DNA of 64,000 nucleotides from a virus (Duplodnaviria; Caudoviricetes): IMG/VR virus record IMGVR_UViG_3300047160_001842, positions 8,435 to 72,434 of that record; one strand, 5' to 3'. Shown piece by piece: positions 61,604 to 64,000 of this stretch (position 1 is its first letter; each line of letters starts with the position of its first letter). The notes under the pieces were generated by a model. It saw only the letters and a program-made list of their open reading frames with translations, ran no database searches and was not told where the DNA came from. The position numbers and the translations under genes were made by a program.

Positions 61604-61872
61604 CGGAGGTTTGGCCCGGAGATTAAACCTCCGGGGCGGACATTGCAAACCCAATAACGGCGCAGGTCCGGAGGTTCGGAGGCGGAGGTTTGTTTTTCGC
61701 GACCGCTTGTTGCTATACGTATACGAAGTGCAAACTCTTGCAACCCAAATCCAACCTCCGAACCTCCGAACCTCCGTAACTAAATATAATAATCAATAGA
61801 ATCAAGGACTTACGCCTTGCGGCCGCACCGGAGGTTCAACCGGAAGTTACCCAACCAACCTAAAGCCTCCGG
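61604..61872. repeat. iteron-like CGGAGGTT/AACCTCCG array with AT-rich tract and IHF consensus; putative origin
   Basis: Eight exact 8-mers (+ at 61604, 61669, 61683, 61829; - at 61626, 61753, 61761, 61769); AATCAAGGACTTA at 61800-61812. Confidence 0.75.
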
Positions 61873-61982
61873 AACAGCCTGCGGCGACACATTTAACGCC
61901 ATTTTGCAGCCTATCACAGCGCGGCTTCGTTGTCGGCCCATCGACGGCGCAGCACAATGGCTCGGCATCGATCTGTGAACTA

Positions 61983-62005
61983 GGACACTGTCTTTCCGCT
62001 ATTCT
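61983..62005 (+). promoter_or_regulatory. putative late promoter GGACAC-N11-TATTCT
   Basis: ctaggacact identical to 15142-15151; 10 nt before the ATG. Confidence 0.5.
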
Positions 62006-62015
62006 TCACCCCATC

Positions 62016-62528
62016 ATGGCAGACGCTATCTACAGCCCCAAAGACTTCGCAGACGAGGCGTATGCGAAGGAGTATGCGCAATCGTTCGATCGATATGCTG
62101 AGTTGCGCGTGTTTGGTAAGACCAAGGATATGGCTCTGATTGAGGCGTTCGAACTTATCAAGTACAGCGTGGACCTCGGCAACCTTCACCAACTCGCCTA
62201 TGCGTGCGAGGTCAACCCTTACGTCCAGCGCAAGTTCAATGAACTGCTGGAGGGCAAAGATCCAAAGACGGAGATGTGGTCGGAAAAGAAGGCCATCAAT
62301 CGCCTTCTTCAACTGATCGAAGACCCAGGGGTGCGCGACACCACGCGACTCAACGCCATCAACGCGCTGAACGTCCTTTGCGGCTATGTGTCACTGGACG
62401 ATGGCCTTGCCCGTCGCGTCGGACACACTCTGGCAGACTTTGCGATCCTGAGCGCTGCCGACCGTCGCCGGAGCCCTCCTGCGACCCCAGAGGGGGATCA
62501 GGAAACGCCCACCCGGCGTGTCCATTAA
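62016..62528 (+). CDS. putative terminase small subunit
   Basis: Size, helical TTRLNAINALN segment, late-type promoter; family not securely recognised. Confidence 0.45.
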   Translation: MADAIYSPKDFADEAYAKEYAQSFDRYAELRVFGKTKDMALIEAFELIKYSVDLGNLHQLAYACEVNPYVQRKFNELLEGKDPKTEMWSEKKAINRLLQLIEDPGVRDTTRLNAINALNVLCGYVSLDDGLARRVGHTLADFAILSAADRRRSPPATPEGDQETPTRRVH

Positions 62529-62596
62529 TGTCCAGAGCCACGATCTACCCTCGGTTGGTACCAGGGTAGCCCCAGCCCAGGAAAATGGCTTAGAAC

Positions 62597-62869
62597 ATGT
62601 CTCCTGAAGCCTACCTCGACATACTCGTCACACACGGGCGGCGAGTCGCGAACCGTGTGGTGCTATCGACCATCCAGCCCAGTCAGCGCAAGTTGTCTGA
62701 CTTTTATGCTTGCTATGCGCCGGAGGACACTCTACCGGAGGACGAGCAGTCACAAACCGGGATGATCGATATGTTCGATCCGTGCGGCGCGTTTGTGTAT
62801 TACAGGCCTGACGTTTATCCTCTTTGGCCCGAACCAAAGAAGGAGCGTGATGACAATGACCGAACATGA
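62597..62869 (+). CDS. hypothetical protein
   Basis: 90-aa ORF starting a + strand accessory operon. Confidence 0.5.
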   Translation: MSPEAYLDILVTHGRRVANRVVLSTIQPSQRKLSDFYACYAPEDTLPEDEQSQTGMIDMFDPCGAFVYYRPDVYPLWPEPKKERDDNDRT

Positions 62870-63023
62870 GCAGCTCATTGAGGACTGCGAAGAGCGCGAG
62901 TCAAAACTGAGTGACTGGGAGCGCGAGTTCATCGACAGCATCAGCAGGCAACTCGCGGCTGGGCGTTCGTTGACGGACAAGCAGGTGGAAAAGTTGGAAG
63001 CTATCTGGGAGCGCGTGACATGA
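62850..63023 (+). CDS. small helical hypothetical protein
   Basis: RBS AAGGAG; LSDWEREFIDSI...LTDKQ pattern. Confidence 0.65.
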   Translation: MTMTEHEQLIEDCEERESKLSDWEREFIDSISRQLAAGRSLTDKQVEKLEAIWERVT

Positions 63024-63274
63024 CCGACGATACAACACCCGCCAATCCGGCAGCGGCCCCAGTGTCGTTCGCCGAGATAGCGCGGATCGAAGCTGAAGCA
63101 TTCAAGCGCGGTCTTGAAGCGGGCAAGAAGGAAACGGCCCCAGTGTCGGACGAGGGTGCCGTGCGAGCGTTCCTTTCTCGTGAGTACAACAAAGAGGCGA
63201 CCACGCCCGCACAGATTGCCCGCCAACGCGAAATTGGCGCCCTCCTCGATTCGTTTGATCGGAAGCCAGCATGA
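63020..63274 (+). CDS. modular accessory protein with APVS linkers
   Basis: ATGA-coupled at both ends; two APVS repeats. Confidence 0.6.
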   Translation: MTDDTTPANPAAAPVSFAEIARIEAEAFKRGLEAGKKETAPVSDEGAVRAFLSREYNKEATTPAQIARQREIGALLDSFDRKPA

Positions 63275-63720
63275 CCGACCCAAAGCCTCTCTATCGCTGC
63301 GACTTGTGCAAAGCGGTTGACTACAACGATGAAGTGATTGGCTGCAAGCGCTGCGGCTTCGATGAAATGGTGCGTATCAACAAACCCGGTGAAGCATCGG
63401 CCCCAGTGTCGGGGCTTGCGGATTTCCTCGAACTTGAGCGCGATGCAGCCGCCGTGATTCGCAACGCTCTTGAAGGCGACTTGCCGAAGAACTGTGCAGA
63501 CGCGCTGGTGATGGTCCCGGCAGGGGCGCTTGCTACTGCTCTTGCCAAGCTTTCGGCAACGCCATGCCAGTATGCAAAGGAAATCGGCATGCCAGAGTAC
63601 CGATGCGTCGGCAAGTGCCAGTACGAATTAAACGCTGATGCCGCCGAGCAGATTGACGAAGACCAGTTCGCCGATTGCGAAGACATCGTTCGTCAAGCTG
63701 ACGTCTCGGCCCCAGTGTCA
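63054..63720 (+). repeat. four copies of CGGCCCCAGTGTC(G) encoding APVS
   Basis: Copies at 63054, 63135, 63398 and 63707. Confidence 0.85.
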
Positions 63721-64000
63721 GCGCAAGGGGCAGAGCCTCCGCGTGAATGGCGGGCTGTGCTCGAAGGGTTGTATTGCGCCGCGCAAAACGACGCCGACAA
63801 CGGCCTAAATGACATGGGCACTGAGGTAGAAGGTGCGTTGGCCGCGCTCGACCCGATGAACTACAAGGGCATGTTTCTAGCTGCAGCAAAAGCCCTCGCC
63901 GCCATTGATGCACTGCTTGGGATGCCGGAAGACGGTTGCAATGACCCGCAAGTCACGGTTAGCGCACTCGCGGATTACATCGCCGGGGTGAAAGACCGAG
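63271..64000 (+). CDS. modular accessory protein (partial, runs off the window) with N-terminal CxxC...CxxC zinc ribbon
   Basis: Hand translation MTDPKPLYRCDLCK...CKRCG, open to the window end. Confidence 0.65.
   Translation, partial: MTDPKPLYRCDLCKAVDYNDEVIGCKRCGFDEMVRINKPGEASAPVSGLADFLELERDAAAVIRNALEGDLPKNCADALVMVPAGALATALAKLSATPCQYAKEIGMPEYRCVGKCQYELNADAAEQIDEDQFADCEDIVRQADVSAPVSAQGAEPPREWRAVLEGLYCAAQNDADNGLNDMGTEVEGALAALDPMNYKGMFLAAAKALAAIDALLGMPEDGCNDPQVTVSALADYIAGVKDR

Noticed and set aside
61604-61872. CRISPR array
   Set aside because: The repeats are 8 bp, in both orientations and irregularly spaced; no cas genes are present.
1-64000. tRNA genes, integrase/att sites, CI-like repressor, introns or inteins in terL, dnaE or helicases
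   Set aside because: No cloverleaf, recombinase motif or splicing-element signature seen by eye; protein lengths leave no room for inserts. A tRNAscan/Infernal run is still advisable.

Overview
The window is most of the genome of a tailed phage with a contractile tail (myovirus morphology). No integrase or CI-type repressor is visible, so it is probably lytic. Gene content and order resemble PB1/BcepF1-like phages: a DUF2213 protease, a DUF2184 major capsid, a DUF3383 sheath, DnaE with a separate DEDDh exonuclease, an ATP ligase, a ThyX-like enzyme and a RepB primase plus VapE helicase. Layout: (i) 1-5.5 kb, minus-strand early genes behind strong sigma70 promoters; (ii) terL, then an antisense accessory block; (iii) 10-41.4 kb, head, tail, fibre and lysis genes on +; (iv) 41.6-58.6 kb, replication and nucleotide metabolism on -; (v) primase/helicase, an iteron-rich putative origin, a putative terS and modular accessory genes on +. 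Most striking features: (1) a 1233-aa portal carrying a pyrophosphatase-like domain, an HPR..GQF motif and a C-terminal R-S-ExE ADP-ribosyltransferase, with candidate head-protease sites between domains and a small acidic gene (candidate immunity) directly behind; (2) a stand-alone CapW/BrxR-like wHTH with no WYL sensor among the early genes; (3) a candidate nucleotide-modification cluster (flavoenzyme, RTR-variant ThyX, HAD-Nmad1, SDR, VOC) upstream of DnaE; (4) an extra branched receptor-binding module with four paralogues; (5) a recurring xxxCAC-N11-12-YAnnnT late-promoter motif and an intergenic hairpin that displays an anti-Shine-Dalgarno loop. All family assignments come from motifs recognised by eye; no database search was run.
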